The notes: generated by a model not told the origin, from the sequence alone. A stretch of DNA of 64,000 nucleotides from Fimbriimonadales bacterium (GCA_041744215.1 JBGTLG010000030.1:32001-96000), one strand, 5' to 3'. Positions 10,525 to 20,327 are shown, counted from the first letter of the stretch. Program-made: numbers and translations.

Positions 10525-11328
10525 ATGACGACCGCGCTTCTGAAATGGCGCTCGCTCTTTGGCATCTATATGCAGGAGAGTTTGGCCTATCGCGCCAGTG
10601 CGGTCATCTGGATCCTTACTGATACGCTACCAGCGATGATTATGCCTTTAGTGTTCATCTCAGCGATGGCGCCCGGAGGACAGATATCAGGATTCACGGC
10701 TGCGGACTTCGTTTCTTACTACCTAACGATGTTGCTGCTGACGAACTTCATCACCAGTCACATCATGTGGGACTTAGCATATGAGATACGCGACGGAGCC
10801 TTTACAGTGCATCTGGTTCGCCCGATCAGCTATTTTCAGGTTGCTTTCATTCGCAACTTGACGTGGAGGGTTATGCGGGTGATGTTATTCGCGCCCTTCT
10901 TCCTCCTCTTCCTGTGGGGTTTCCAAGGCTATCTTCAAGGGTTTACGCCGTACTTCGGATGGGAGGTGTGGGTCGCAGTCGTACTGGGGCACCTGGTCAG
11001 CTTTACTTTCATTTTATGGATGGCGATGCTTGCGCTCGTATTCACAGAGATTCAGAGCATCTTCGGGCTCTACTACATCCCAATGCTCTTCTTGAGCGGG
11101 CAGTTGTTTCCGATCCAGCTTCTTCCAGATTGGGCATCCCTAATCGCAAAGTTCTTTCCGTTCTACTACACAACCGCTATGCCGACGGAACTGATCGTTG
11201 GGAGAATCTCGCCAGATCAGGCGCATTCGTTCATTCTCGCGCAGGTCGGGTTTATAGTTATGCAAACCTTCGTCGCAAGGCTGCTATGGAGATGGGGCTT
11301 GCGTTTCTACACAGGAGTCGGAATGTAA
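10525..11328 (+). CDS. ABC-2 family transporter permease (DUF990-like)
   Basis: 'LAYRA', 'EIRDGAFTVHLVRP', 'LSGQLFPI', C-terminal 'YTGVG'. Confidence 0.85.
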   Translation: MTTALLKWRSLFGIYMQESLAYRASAVIWILTDTLPAMIMPLVFISAMAPGGQISGFTAADFVSYYLTMLLLTNFITSHIMWDLAYEIRDGAFTVHLVRPISYFQVAFIRNLTWRVMRVMLFAPFFLLFLWGFQGYLQGFTPYFGWEVWVAVVLGHLVSFTFILWMAMLALVFTEIQSIFGLYYIPMLFLSGQLFPIQLLPDWASLIAKFFPFYYTTAMPTELIVGRISPDQAHSFILAQVGFIVMQTFVARLLWRWGLRFYTGVGM

Positions 11329-13041
11329 TCAGGTACTCCTGGTGCGCTCGTTGATGACCATATGCGCTACTTTTGCACCAAGCTCATCGAGAATCATGTC
11401 CTCGCCCTTCTCTTCTCGCCTCCACTTGACTTCGGCTTTGCCTTCCGGAACCCCTCGACCGCATACAACCCGAATCGGATATCCGATCAAGTCCGCGTCT
11501 TTGAATTTTGCGCCGGCGCGCTCGGTCCTGTCGTCGAGGAGCGCATCGATCCCCTGGGCTTGCAGATCTGTATAGATTTGTTCTGCGGCAGATAGTTGCT
11601 CCTGATCCTCCGCGTTCGCGACGATCACAACTACCTCGAAAGGCGCTATGGACATGGGCCAGATAACTCCATTGTCATCGTTGTGCACCTCCGCGACGGC
11701 CTGCATCGAACGACCAACCCCGAGTCCGTAACAGCCCATCACGATCGCCTTCTCTTTGCCTTCGCCGTCGTCGAAGTGGGCGCGCATGGCCGCGCTGTAC
11801 TTGGTGCCCAGTTGGAAGATGTGACCGACTTCGATTCCTCGCACCTCGCGCAGAACTCCTCCCGAAATGGCTGGATCGCCATCCAAAGCCACGCGGATGT
11901 CTTCCCACTTGTCGACCTTAAAATCACGGTCGTGCGCGGCATTCACGTAGTGCTTGTTGTCTGAGTTCGCCCCGACAACGTAGCCGTTTCGCGACTGCAA
12001 TTCTTGATCCGCAATCACTTCGACACCTGAGAGGTTGATTGGGCCAGCGAAGCCAACGTCAGCACCCGTTATCTGTCGGACTTCGTCGGCATGCATCATC
12101 GTGACACTCTCAACACCGAGCCTACGCGCCAACTTCTGCGCGTTCAAGTCTCTGTCTCCCCGTACTAACGCGGCGATCCGTCGCTCACCGGCCTTCACCA
12201 ATAGCGTTTTGATTAGTCGATCAGGGTTTATAGCGAGCATGCCAGTGACTTCCTTCACCGTTCGCGCGTTCGGCGTATCTACGAGCTCTGCTTCTGGAAC
12301 TCCTGCAGCAGACGCAAGCGTATAGCTCCCACCGATGTCGCAGCGCTCCGCGTTCGCCGAGATTCCCGTCTTGTCGTCGCGAAGCACGCTGTCCTCACCT
12401 GCGTCAGCGATGACCATGAACTCGTGATTTCGTCCACCGCCGATGTCGCCTGCCTCAGCTTCGCACACCAGCGTTTCGAGCCCGATGCGCCTAAACATTT
12501 CATCAAAAGCGTGCCACATGCGGTCATAGCTGACATCGCAATGGGCGTCGTCGGGATCAAAGCTGTATGCGTCCAGCATGATGAACTCCTTGCATCTGAT
12601 GAGACCTGCACGAGGTCGCGGCTCGTCGCGAAACTTGGTTTGAATTTGATAGAGTGTTATCGGCAGGTCGCGGTAGGAGTGCAAGTAGTTCCGAGCGATG
12701 TCCGTGATGATCTCTTCGTGCGTAAAACCAAGCGCAAAGTTTCTTCCAGTACGGTCGGTTGTCGGAAAGAGGACGTCGACTTTGTCGCGGCCCGTTTCTT
12801 GAAGGAGTTCAAATGGAACGAGGGTGGGCATCAGCAACTCCACGCAGTTTGCCTTTGCACACTCTGCACGCAGAATCGCTTTGATCTTCTCGATTACCTT
12901 TAGCCCGAGCGGCAGATAGTTGTATACGCCGGCTGACTGCTGCCGAATGAACCCGCCTCGTAGCAAGAGGCGATGGCTCACAACAGTCGCGTCTGCGGGC
13001 ACCTCGCGCAGAGTCGGAAGGAAGTAGCGGGTTGCTCTCAT
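11329..13041 (-). CDS. proS: proline--tRNA ligase (with insertion editing domain)
   Basis: Start 'MRATRYFLPTLRE', 'QIQTKFRDEPRPR', 'GIEVGHIFQLG', 'MGCYGLG'. Longer ORF-track start is antisense to ffh. Confidence 0.97.
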   Translation of the reverse strand: MRATRYFLPTLREVPADATVVSHRLLLRGGFIRQQSAGVYNYLPLGLKVIEKIKAILRAECAKANCVELLMPTLVPFELLQETGRDKVDVLFPTTDRTGRNFALGFTHEEIITDIARNYLHSYRDLPITLYQIQTKFRDEPRPRAGLIRCKEFIMLDAYSFDPDDAHCDVSYDRMWHAFDEMFRRIGLETLVCEAEAGDIGGGRNHEFMVIADAGEDSVLRDDKTGISANAERCDIGGSYTLASAAGVPEAELVDTPNARTVKEVTGMLAINPDRLIKTLLVKAGERRIAALVRGDRDLNAQKLARRLGVESVTMMHADEVRQITGADVGFAGPINLSGVEVIADQELQSRNGYVVGANSDNKHYVNAAHDRDFKVDKWEDIRVALDGDPAISGGVLREVRGIEVGHIFQLGTKYSAAMRAHFDDGEGKEKAIVMGCYGLGVGRSMQAVAEVHNDDNGVIWPMSIAPFEVVVIVANAEDQEQLSAAEQIYTDLQAQGIDALLDDRTERAGAKFKDADLIGYPIRVVCGRGVPEGKAEVKWRREEKGEDMILDELGAKVAHMVINERTRST

Positions 13042-13150
13042 GAAGGGGACATTATAATCCGGCGACCGAATCAGCCCTCCGCTCTCCCACGGGCCCCCGC
13101 GCAGTTTGAGCCGCGGCTTGTGTCGGTAGCTTCGCCATAATTGCAGACCA

Positions 13151-14491
13151 GTGTTCGAAAATCTCACCCAAAAACTGACCGGAATCTTCGGCCGCCTGAA
13201 GAGAAAGGGACGGCTCTCAGAGAGCGATGTCGACGACGTGATGCGAGAGGTTCGCGTGGCGTTGCTCGAGGCGGACGTTAATCTCAAGGTTGCGAAGGAG
13301 TTCGTCGCCCACGTGAAGGAGAAGTTGGTAGGGGAGCAGGTTTGGGAGAGTCTGCAACCTGACGAGATGATCCTGAAGACAGTCCATGACGAGATCGTCG
13401 AGCTGCTAGGCAAGGACCCGCCACGCATCTCCTGGAGCCCTTCCCCTCCGACCGCGATCCTGCTGTGCGGCTTGCAGGGCTCTGGAAAGACGACGACTGC
13501 CGCCAAGCTAGCCGTATGGCTGGAGAAGCAGGGCAAGAAGGCGATACTCGCGGCGTGCGACACCCAGCGACCCGCCGCTATCACGCAGCTCGAAGTGCTG
13601 GGGGAGTCTATTGGTGTCCCCGTCTTTTCCGACCACCAGTCCAAAGATCCAGTGGACATCGCCCGAAGGGCGATGGTGGAGGCGAAGCGGCTGTTTCTCG
13701 ATGCAGTGATCGTCGATACCGCTGGCCGCCTGCAGATTGACGAGGAATTGATGGACCAGGTACGACGCGTTCACGACGCCGTCAGGCCGACCGAGGTGTT
13801 CTTCGTTGCGGATTCCACTACTGGCCAGGAGGCCGTCAACGTCGCTCAGGCTTTCGACGAAAAGCTGGGCATAACAGGGCTGATCTTCACGAAACTCGAT
13901 GGCGACTCTCGGGGTGGAGCCGTGTTGTCCGTTCGGGCCGTAACTGGGAAACCGGTGAGCTTTGTCGGGGTTTCCGAAGGTGTCGATGGTCTAGAGCCCT
14001 TTATGGGGGACAGGATCGCTCAGCGGCTGTTGGGCTATGGCGATCTCATGGGGCTCGTCGAGCGGGCTCACGAGGCGATTGACCGAACTGAAGCGCGGGA
14101 ATTGGAAGAGCAGGCGAGGTCGGGGAAGATGAACTTCGAGATGATGCTCTCGAACTTCAAGATGGTTCGGAAGATGGGCTCCCTGAAGGCTGTGATGAAA
14201 ATGATTCCGGGGATGAGCCAGGTTCCGTCAGAGATTACAGAGAACATATCCGAGGCTGGATTGGGCCGGGTCGAGGCGATGATTTTGAGTATGACCCCAC
14301 AGGAGAGGCGAAATCCGGATATACTCAACGCCTCTCGGAAGCGGCGCGTCGCTGCGGGCTCGGGGACTTCGGTTCAAGAGGTCAACCGCCTCGTTAAGCA
14401 ACTGGACTCAATGCGCCAGCAGATGAAGCTGATCACCAGGATGGCAGACGCGGCTCGCACGCGCCATGGAAAGAAAGCGAAGAGAAGATAG
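13151..14491 (+). CDS. ffh: signal recognition particle protein
   Basis: 'GLQGSGKTT', 'DTAGR', 'TKLDGDSRGG', M-domain 'SMTPQER'. Confidence 0.98.
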   Translation: MFENLTQKLTGIFGRLKRKGRLSESDVDDVMREVRVALLEADVNLKVAKEFVAHVKEKLVGEQVWESLQPDEMILKTVHDEIVELLGKDPPRISWSPSPPTAILLCGLQGSGKTTTAAKLAVWLEKQGKKAILAACDTQRPAAITQLEVLGESIGVPVFSDHQSKDPVDIARRAMVEAKRLFLDAVIVDTAGRLQIDEELMDQVRRVHDAVRPTEVFFVADSTTGQEAVNVAQAFDEKLGITGLIFTKLDGDSRGGAVLSVRAVTGKPVSFVGVSEGVDGLEPFMGDRIAQRLLGYGDLMGLVERAHEAIDRTEARELEEQARSGKMNFEMMLSNFKMVRKMGSLKAVMKMIPGMSQVPSEITENISEAGLGRVEAMILSMTPQERRNPDILNASRKRRVAAGSGTSVQEVNRLVKQLDSMRQQMKLITRMADAARTRHGKKAKRR

Positions 14492-14506
14492 GAGAACCCG
14501 AACAGA

Positions 14507-14962
14507 GTGGTACGAATTCGATTGAAAAGAATGGGGACGAAAGGCAAGCCCTACTACCGTATTGTCGCTACGCCGTCGACGGCAGCCCGAAATGGGCGGT
14601 TTATCGAGCAGCTTGGCACGTACGACCCATTGAAGAACCCAGCCGAAGTGAAGATCGACCGGGAACGGACGCTGGAGTATCTCAAGACAGGGGCGAGCGC
14701 CAGCGAGACGGTCGCTCGACTTCTCAAAAAGGAAGGGACGTGGACTGAGTGGGAAGGCGCAAAACCCGCAGAGAAGCCCAGGAAGAAGGCAACGAAAGCG
14801 CGCGTCAAGCCACCGAAACCTGCGCCAAAGCCGAAGAAAGTCAAAAAGGTGGAGGAGCCGGTGCCAGAAGAAACCCCGCTGGGGGCTCCTATAGAAGAAA
14901 CTGGAGTCGAGGCCGAGGCAACGGCCGAAGAGCCTCAAGCCGAGGCGCCAGCGGAGGAGTAG
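14507..14962 (+). CDS. rpsP: 30S ribosomal protein S16 with long Lys/Pro/Glu-rich tail
   Basis: 'VRIRLKRMG..PYYRIVA...RNGRFIEQLGTYDP'. Follows ffh. Confidence 0.97.
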   Translation: MVRIRLKRMGTKGKPYYRIVATPSTAARNGRFIEQLGTYDPLKNPAEVKIDRERTLEYLKTGASASETVARLLKKEGTWTEWEGAKPAEKPRKKATKARVKPPKPAPKPKKVKKVEEPVPEETPLGAPIEETGVEAEATAEEPQAEAPAEE

Positions 14963-14965
14963 CAT

Positions 14966-15205
14966 ATGGATTACGAACCAATCGTTGAATACTGCGTGAA
15001 GAAACTCGTCACTGAACCGGACGAGGTCGAGATTGAGGTCAAGACCCAGCGCAACATGACTCAGATTGAGGTTCAAGTCGCCCCCGACGATGTTGGAAAG
15101 GTTATTGGTCGCAATGGTCGGGTCATCAACACTTTGCGGCACTTGGTCAACGTCCTTGGCGCAGAGGATCGTGATAAAGTTTTTGTCAAAATCATCACTC
15201 GTTAG
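14966..15205 (+). CDS. khpA: KH-domain RNA-binding protein
   Basis: 'DVGKVIGRNGR'. Conserved position between rpsP and rimM. Confidence 0.92.
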   Translation: MDYEPIVEYCVKKLVTEPDEVEIEVKTQRNMTQIEVQVAPDDVGKVIGRNGRVINTLRHLVNVLGAEDRDKVFVKIITR

Positions 15206-15216
15206 CTCGGTGTTCC

Positions 15217-15248
15217 GACGCCCCTTGCCGATCTCGGCCAGGGGCGTC
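15217..15248 (+). terminator. GC-rich stem-loop between khpA and rimM
   Basis: GACGCCCCT..GCCG-ATCT-CGGC..AGGGGCGTC inverted repeat. Only a weak U tract. Confidence 0.45.
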
Positions 15249-15259
15249 ATTGTTGGCTT

Positions 15260-15757
15260 ATGACCTCGCAAGAAGAACAAATCCTCGTAGGACCGATCGT
15301 GGGAACGTTTGGCCTGAAGGGGGGTCTCAAGGTGCAGGTAACTACCGACTTCCATGAGCTCCTTTCGCCCGGCTCGATCGTTTACCTTGACGGTGAGCGC
15401 GCGGTCGTTACTGATCTGCAGTGGCACAAGACCCAGGCCCGCATTTGGCTCGAAGGAATCAAGAAGATTGAGGCAGCCCAGCCTCTAATCGGCAAGAAAA
15501 TTACTGTCCCCGAGTCGGCCTTGCCAGAACTCGAGGAGGGCGTCTACCTCGTCAAGCACTTGATTGGGCTTGAGGTTTTTGATGAGTCGGGTCGCTTGCT
15601 CGGCACTCTCGATGAGGTGTATCCTAGGCCAGCGCAGGACGTCTATCGTGTAGGCCGGATGTTGATTCCCGCCGCGAAGGAGTTTGTTCTTTCGATCGAT
15701 ATGAATTCGCGCCGGATGATCGTTCGGATCTTGCCGGGAATGGAAGACTTGGCGTAA
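15260..15757 (+). CDS. rimM: ribosome maturation factor RimM
   Basis: 'IVGTFGLKGGLKV', PRC barrel 'LIGLEV..LLGTL..AQDVY..LIP'. Confidence 0.93.
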   Translation: MTSQEEQILVGPIVGTFGLKGGLKVQVTTDFHELLSPGSIVYLDGERAVVTDLQWHKTQARIWLEGIKKIEAAQPLIGKKITVPESALPELEEGVYLVKHLIGLEVFDESGRLLGTLDEVYPRPAQDVYRVGRMLIPAAKEFVLSIDMNSRRMIVRILPGMEDLA

Positions 15758-15835
15758 GCGCTCAACTATTGCCAGACTGAAGCCGAGAATAGACTTGAGA
15801 GGGCCCGTCGAGTCGTCGCGTTTCAAGAGAAGTAA

Positions 15836-16330
15836 ATGAGAACCCTTTTTGCACTTTTCGTCACTTCGGCTGCCTGGACATTCTGTGCATGCTCGGGCGG
15901 CGGTGGAGGCGGTCTGCCTCCACTTCAGGCCCGCTACGAAGCGCTTATGGCGAGCGTTAACGCTCAGAGTTTAGGCAGCACGATGTCGCACTACAGCACC
16001 TCGTACATGAACGACTGCAGCACATGGACCGATGTGCAGAGCGGTTGGCAGTCAATCTTCACAGAACCCAACTACACATTGACTCTTTCGAACTTGGTCG
16101 TGACCAATCAATGGACGAACAATCAAACCTTGACCGGCCACTTGACCGCGACCGTAACCGTAACAGAAAACAATAACGGTGTGATAACAAATGAAGTCTG
16201 GGCGATCTCGATGCCGTTCCGACGTGAAGGCTCTGCTTGGAGACTCTTTGGGGATCAGAGCTGCACAGTTGCTGCGGCAAACTGGAGAGACAACTTGCGA
16301 ACACTGCTCGGCGCAAACGAAGACAGATAA
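15836..16330 (+). CDS. lipoprotein, NTF2/SnoaL-like fold probable
   Basis: Lipobox 'FCAC' plus Gly linker. 'FRREGSAWRL' terminal strand. Confidence 0.6.
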   Translation: MRTLFALFVTSAAWTFCACSGGGGGGLPPLQARYEALMASVNAQSLGSTMSHYSTSYMNDCSTWTDVQSGWQSIFTEPNYTLTLSNLVVTNQWTNNQTLTGHLTATVTVTENNNGVITNEVWAISMPFRREGSAWRLFGDQSCTVAAANWRDNLRTLLGANEDR

Positions 16331-16342
16331 GGAAGGTTGACA

Positions 16343-17920
16343 ATGCGAATCGTGACGATCTTAATCTCGATGTTGTTGAGTATTTGTGCAGTGGCACAAG
16401 GGTACGTCCAGAACGAACTTTTGATCAAGTTCCGGCCCGGCCATGAGTACGCTGGATTAACCACGACATGGAGAATGGGTGGGGTCGTCACTCAATCAGT
16501 CCCTGGGATCAACTTGCGAGTTGTTCGCATTCCACGGACGCTTACGCTTTCAACTGCGCTGGCGATCTTTAGATCGTTGCCAACTGTCGAGTACGCAGAG
16601 TTAAACTTTCGAGTGCGAAAGGCCATCGTGCCGAATGACCCGCAATATGGGAGCCAATGGGCGCTTCCCAAGGTTAATGCTCCAGCCGCATGGGACATTT
16701 CAACAGGCTCGTCCGGGGTCGTAATCGCCATCCTTGATACGGGAATTCAGCTGAATCATCCTGATTTGCAATCCAAGCTGGTTCCAGGATGGGATTTCGT
16801 AAACAATGACCCTGTTGCTGATGATGACGAAGGTCACGGGACTCACTGCGCCGGAATTGCTGCTGCAGCGACGAACAATTCAGTTGGTGTCGCGGGACTC
16901 GGTTGGAACTGCAGCCTCATGCCGGTAAAGGTACTCGATCACGAAGGGAACGGGACTTACGCGAATGTAGCTGCTGGTATGACATGGGCGGTTGACAATG
17001 GCGCGAAGGTCTTATCTTTGAGCCTCAGCGGCTCCGCAGCGTCAAACACTCTCCTCAATGCAGTCAACTACGCATGGAACAACGGCGTTGTCGTAGTCGC
17101 GGCCGCAGGAAACAGCAACAGTACGACACCAGAATATCCCGCATGGTATTCGAACTGCATTGCAGTAGGATCATCTACGACTACGGATACGCGATCCTCC
17201 TTTAGCAACTATGGCGCAGATTGGGTCGACGTCGCAGCTCCTGGGTCGAGCATATTGAGCACCTACATCGGTGGCACTTACGCCACATCGAGCGGGACTT
17301 CGATGGCTACTCCACTTGTTGCGGGCTTGGCTGGCTTGTTGTGGTCATACATGGGCACCGGCACCCCTCCATTCGCGATCCGTTCTCAGATAGAGAGTAG
17401 TGCGGTGTTTGTGGGCAACTGGGTCGCGCATGGGCGCATCGACGCTGCTGCAGCCTTGGCAAGCGCGGGAACCCGACTCGACTTCGCGCCGTCGTCCATG
17501 TCTGTAACCTCAGGATCACTAGTAGGCGGCAATCTAGCTTCTCTTGCTGTGAGCGATAACAACTGGTTGGAGGTTCGCAGCTCTTCATCAGGAAACCCGA
17601 GGGTGGTCGATTGGAACGTTAGCGGTCTCGTTTCGTGGACTGGAACTCTGCAAGCAGTCGAAGTGCGATATGAGGGGAACATCACGAGCGGCGGATCCAC
17701 GCAAATGTATATCTGGAACTTCAACTCAGCGTCTTGGGAGTCCCTCGGCACAGTGTCGCTGGCTTCAAGCGATACGGTGCGAACGTTCGTACGGCCGACA
17801 AACCCTGGAAACTATGTCTCAGGCGGGGAGATGCGCTTTAGGATGCGAAGGGCAACATCTGATTGGCCACTCTTCCGAATGCGAACTGACCAGATCGTCT
17901 TTACGACCATCGCTCAGTAG
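16343..17920 (+). CDS. S8 subtilisin/thermitase-like secreted protease with C-terminal beta domain
   Basis: Triad motifs 'ILDTG', 'HGTHCAG', 'GTSMATP'. Signal peptide and prodomain. Confidence 0.95.
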   Translation: MRIVTILISMLLSICAVAQGYVQNELLIKFRPGHEYAGLTTTWRMGGVVTQSVPGINLRVVRIPRTLTLSTALAIFRSLPTVEYAELNFRVRKAIVPNDPQYGSQWALPKVNAPAAWDISTGSSGVVIAILDTGIQLNHPDLQSKLVPGWDFVNNDPVADDDEGHGTHCAGIAAAATNNSVGVAGLGWNCSLMPVKVLDHEGNGTYANVAAGMTWAVDNGAKVLSLSLSGSAASNTLLNAVNYAWNNGVVVVAAAGNSNSTTPEYPAWYSNCIAVGSSTTTDTRSSFSNYGADWVDVAAPGSSILSTYIGGTYATSSGTSMATPLVAGLAGLLWSYMGTGTPPFAIRSQIESSAVFVGNWVAHGRIDAAAALASAGTRLDFAPSSMSVTSGSLVGGNLASLAVSDNNWLEVRSSSSGNPRVVDWNVSGLVSWTGTLQAVEVRYEGNITSGGSTQMYIWNFNSASWESLGTVSLASSDTVRTFVRPTNPGNYVSGGEMRFRMRRATSDWPLFRMRTDQIVFTTIAQ

Positions 17921-17945
17921 TGCTCATGCGGCATAATCGGCTCTT

Positions 17946-18707
17946 ATGAGTCGCTTAGATGGCAAAGTCGTTCTCGTCACTGGCGGTGCGTTGGGAATCG
18001 GACGAAGCGCGTGCGTCCTGTGCGCCTCCGAAGGAGCCAAAGTTGCTATCACCGATGTGCTTGATGCAGAAGGTAGCGCATTAGCCGCCGAGATTGGTAG
18101 GAACGCACGCTACTGGCATATGGACGTAGCCAAAGAGATCCAGGTGCAGACGACCATCGACGAGGTCGCACACGAGTTCGGAGGGCTCGACGTTCTGGTG
18201 AACAACGCAGGCATCTCTGGAGCAAACAAACCGACGCACGAGCTATCCGAAGAGGAGTGGGACGCGGTGCAGGCAGTAAACGTCAAGGGGGTCTTCTTCT
18301 GCACTAAGTACGCCATACCTCACCTAAAGCAACGCGGAGGTGGAAGCATTATCAACCTCTCTTCCATTTATGGGATAGTGGGGGCGCCAGATGTTCCGCC
18401 CTACCACGCATCGAAGGGCGCGGTCACATTGATGAGCAAGACCGACGCACTGATCTATGCTGCTGATTCGATTCGTGTGAATTCGCTTCATCCCGGGTAC
18501 GTGTGGACTCCAATGGTCGAGCAGCACTTAAAGAGATCTGGCATCGATTCAGCCGAAGGGCGCAAGGCACTTGACGCACTTCACCCGATCGGGCATGTCG
18601 GCGAGCCAGATGACATCGGCTGGGCGATTGTGTACCTTGCATCTGACGAATCGAAGTTCGTTACTGGCACAGAAATCGTCGTTGATGGCGGATACACGGC
18701 GAAGTAG
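17946..18707 (+). CDS. short-chain dehydrogenase/reductase
   Basis: 'TGGALGIG', 'NNAG', 'YHASK', 'VDGGY'. Confidence 0.95.
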   Translation: MSRLDGKVVLVTGGALGIGRSACVLCASEGAKVAITDVLDAEGSALAAEIGRNARYWHMDVAKEIQVQTTIDEVAHEFGGLDVLVNNAGISGANKPTHELSEEEWDAVQAVNVKGVFFCTKYAIPHLKQRGGGSIINLSSIYGIVGAPDVPPYHASKGAVTLMSKTDALIYAADSIRVNSLHPGYVWTPMVEQHLKRSGIDSAEGRKALDALHPIGHVGEPDDIGWAIVYLASDESKFVTGTEIVVDGGYTAK

Positions 18708-18751
18708 CGTTCACGCTCTCTTCGTTGAGAGCGCGAACGCTACCTTAGCTT

Positions 18752-20167
18752 TCAAACGTCGGAGTACAGGAAGAACTCATAGGGGTGCGGGCGTAACGCA
18801 ACTGCCTCAACCTCATGTTTCCGCTTGTACGCGATGTACGTATCAAGTAGGTCTTGCGTAAACACGTCGCCCTTCATCAACCACTGATGATCCGCCTCAA
18901 GTGCGTCCAGAACATCCGCAAGCGTTCCCGGTGTTTGGGGAATCGCAGCTTTTTCTTCTGGCGGCAGATCATAGAGGTCTTTGTCGAGCGGTGTAGGCGG
19001 CTCGATCCGGTTTTCAATTCCATCGAGGGCAGCCATAAGCAACGCGGCGAACGCGAGATAGCCATTGCAAGACGGATCTGGTGCGCGGAACTCGATTCGC
19101 TTGGCCTTACGACTCTTGCTGTACATAGGCACGCGAATGCACGCGCTGCGGTTCCGTTGGCTGTAGACGAGATTGATCGGAGCTTCGTATCCCGGCACCA
19201 GTCTTCTGTAGGAGTTGGTTGTCGGATTTGTGAATGCGAGCAGCGCAGCCGCGTGCCTCAGGATTCCGCCTACCATGTGTCGTGCAGTATCGCTTAGGCC
19301 CGCATAGCCGCCCTCATCGTACATCAGCGTGTCGCCACCTTTCCACAGCGAGACGTGTACGTGCATGCCGCTGCCGTTATCGCCATAAATCGGCTTAGGC
19401 ATGAACGTCGCTGTCAGGCCGTACTCATACGCCGTGTTCTTGACGATGTACTTGTACATTTGCAGCTTGTCGGCCATCGTAACAAGGGTGTCGAACCGCA
19501 TATCGATTTCGCATTGACCTGCTGCGCCGACTTCATGATGATGCAACTCGATGTGAATGCCGGCATCGAGCATCTTCTGGACCATGTCAGTGCGAACGTT
19601 TTGGAGCTTATCATTCGGCGGGCAGGGGAAGTATCCGCCCTTGGGGCGCATTTTGTAGCCAAGATTTGGCTGCTCGTCTCGTCCCGTGTTCCAGGGTCCT
19701 TCGTTGCTGTCGATCGCGAAACCGGCTTTGTGCATCTCGTTGTAGTAGCGCAAGTCATCGAAGAGAAAGAATTCTGCTTCGGGTCCAAAGAATGCCGCGT
19801 CGGCAACGCCGGTCTGACGCAGATACTGTTCCGCCTTGATCGCCGTGTACCGTGGGTCACGACTGTAAGGCTCTCGCGTCAGTGGGTCTTCGACGTTGCA
19901 AAACAGCACCGCGGTCGGAGCCTCGGTAAACGGGTCCATAAAGATGGTCTCCGCGTCTGGGACGAGCAGCATGTCAGATTGGTCAATCGACTGAAATCCG
20001 CGCACGCTGGATCCATCGAAACCGAGCCCGTCCTCGAAAAGCTCCTCGCTCAGCTCGCCGATGGGGATTGAGAAGTGTTGCCAGGTACCCGGCACGTCTG
20101 TGAAACGGAAGTCCACCATCTGTGCATCGTGTTCCTGGGCGAATGTTATGGCCTCTTTTGGTGTCAT
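18752..20167 (-). CDS. glnA: glutamine synthetase type I
   Basis: 'FDGSS', 'HHHEV', 'TFMPKP..DNGSGMH', 'NRSACIR', adenylylation loop 'DKDLYDLPP'. SD AGGAGG. Confidence 0.98.
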   Translation of the reverse strand: MTPKEAITFAQEHDAQMVDFRFTDVPGTWQHFSIPIGELSEELFEDGLGFDGSSVRGFQSIDQSDMLLVPDAETIFMDPFTEAPTAVLFCNVEDPLTREPYSRDPRYTAIKAEQYLRQTGVADAAFFGPEAEFFLFDDLRYYNEMHKAGFAIDSNEGPWNTGRDEQPNLGYKMRPKGGYFPCPPNDKLQNVRTDMVQKMLDAGIHIELHHHEVGAAGQCEIDMRFDTLVTMADKLQMYKYIVKNTAYEYGLTATFMPKPIYGDNGSGMHVHVSLWKGGDTLMYDEGGYAGLSDTARHMVGGILRHAAALLAFTNPTTNSYRRLVPGYEAPINLVYSQRNRSACIRVPMYSKSRKAKRIEFRAPDPSCNGYLAFAALLMAALDGIENRIEPPTPLDKDLYDLPPEEKAAIPQTPGTLADVLDALEADHQWLMKGDVFTQDLLDTYIAYKRKHEVEAVALRPHPYEFFLYSDV

Positions 20168-20223
20168 CTGCTGAAATGTTCCTCCTGAACATGACTGCGT
20201 GTAAACGCCTGAAAATCGGGCTC

Positions 20224-20305
20224 TGAAAGAGACGAAGGCGCCGGAAAGCCGGACGCCTTGTCTGTAATTCTAAGTCCCGTGGAGTCTGTCGCAACCACGG
20301 GGACT
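20224..20305 (-). promoter_or_regulatory. two tandem hairpins in the glnA 5' region (terminator/attenuator candidate)
   Basis: Minus strand: GTCCCCGTGG..CCACGGGAC, then AGACAAGGCGTCCGG-CTTT-CCGGCGCCTTCGTCT followed by CTTT. Confidence 0.5.
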
Positions 20306-20327
20306 CAATATACCTAAGTGTTCTGGA

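Noticed and set aside
13042-13150. SRP RNA or T-box in the proS-ffh gap
   Set aside because: No SRP domain IV (CAGG..GGAA..AGCAG) or T-box sequence. The gap is explained by divergent -10 boxes.
13042-13659. N-terminal extension of the proS ORF (776 aa)
   Set aside because: Antisense shadow of ffh. ProS homology starts at 13041, after a TATAAT box.
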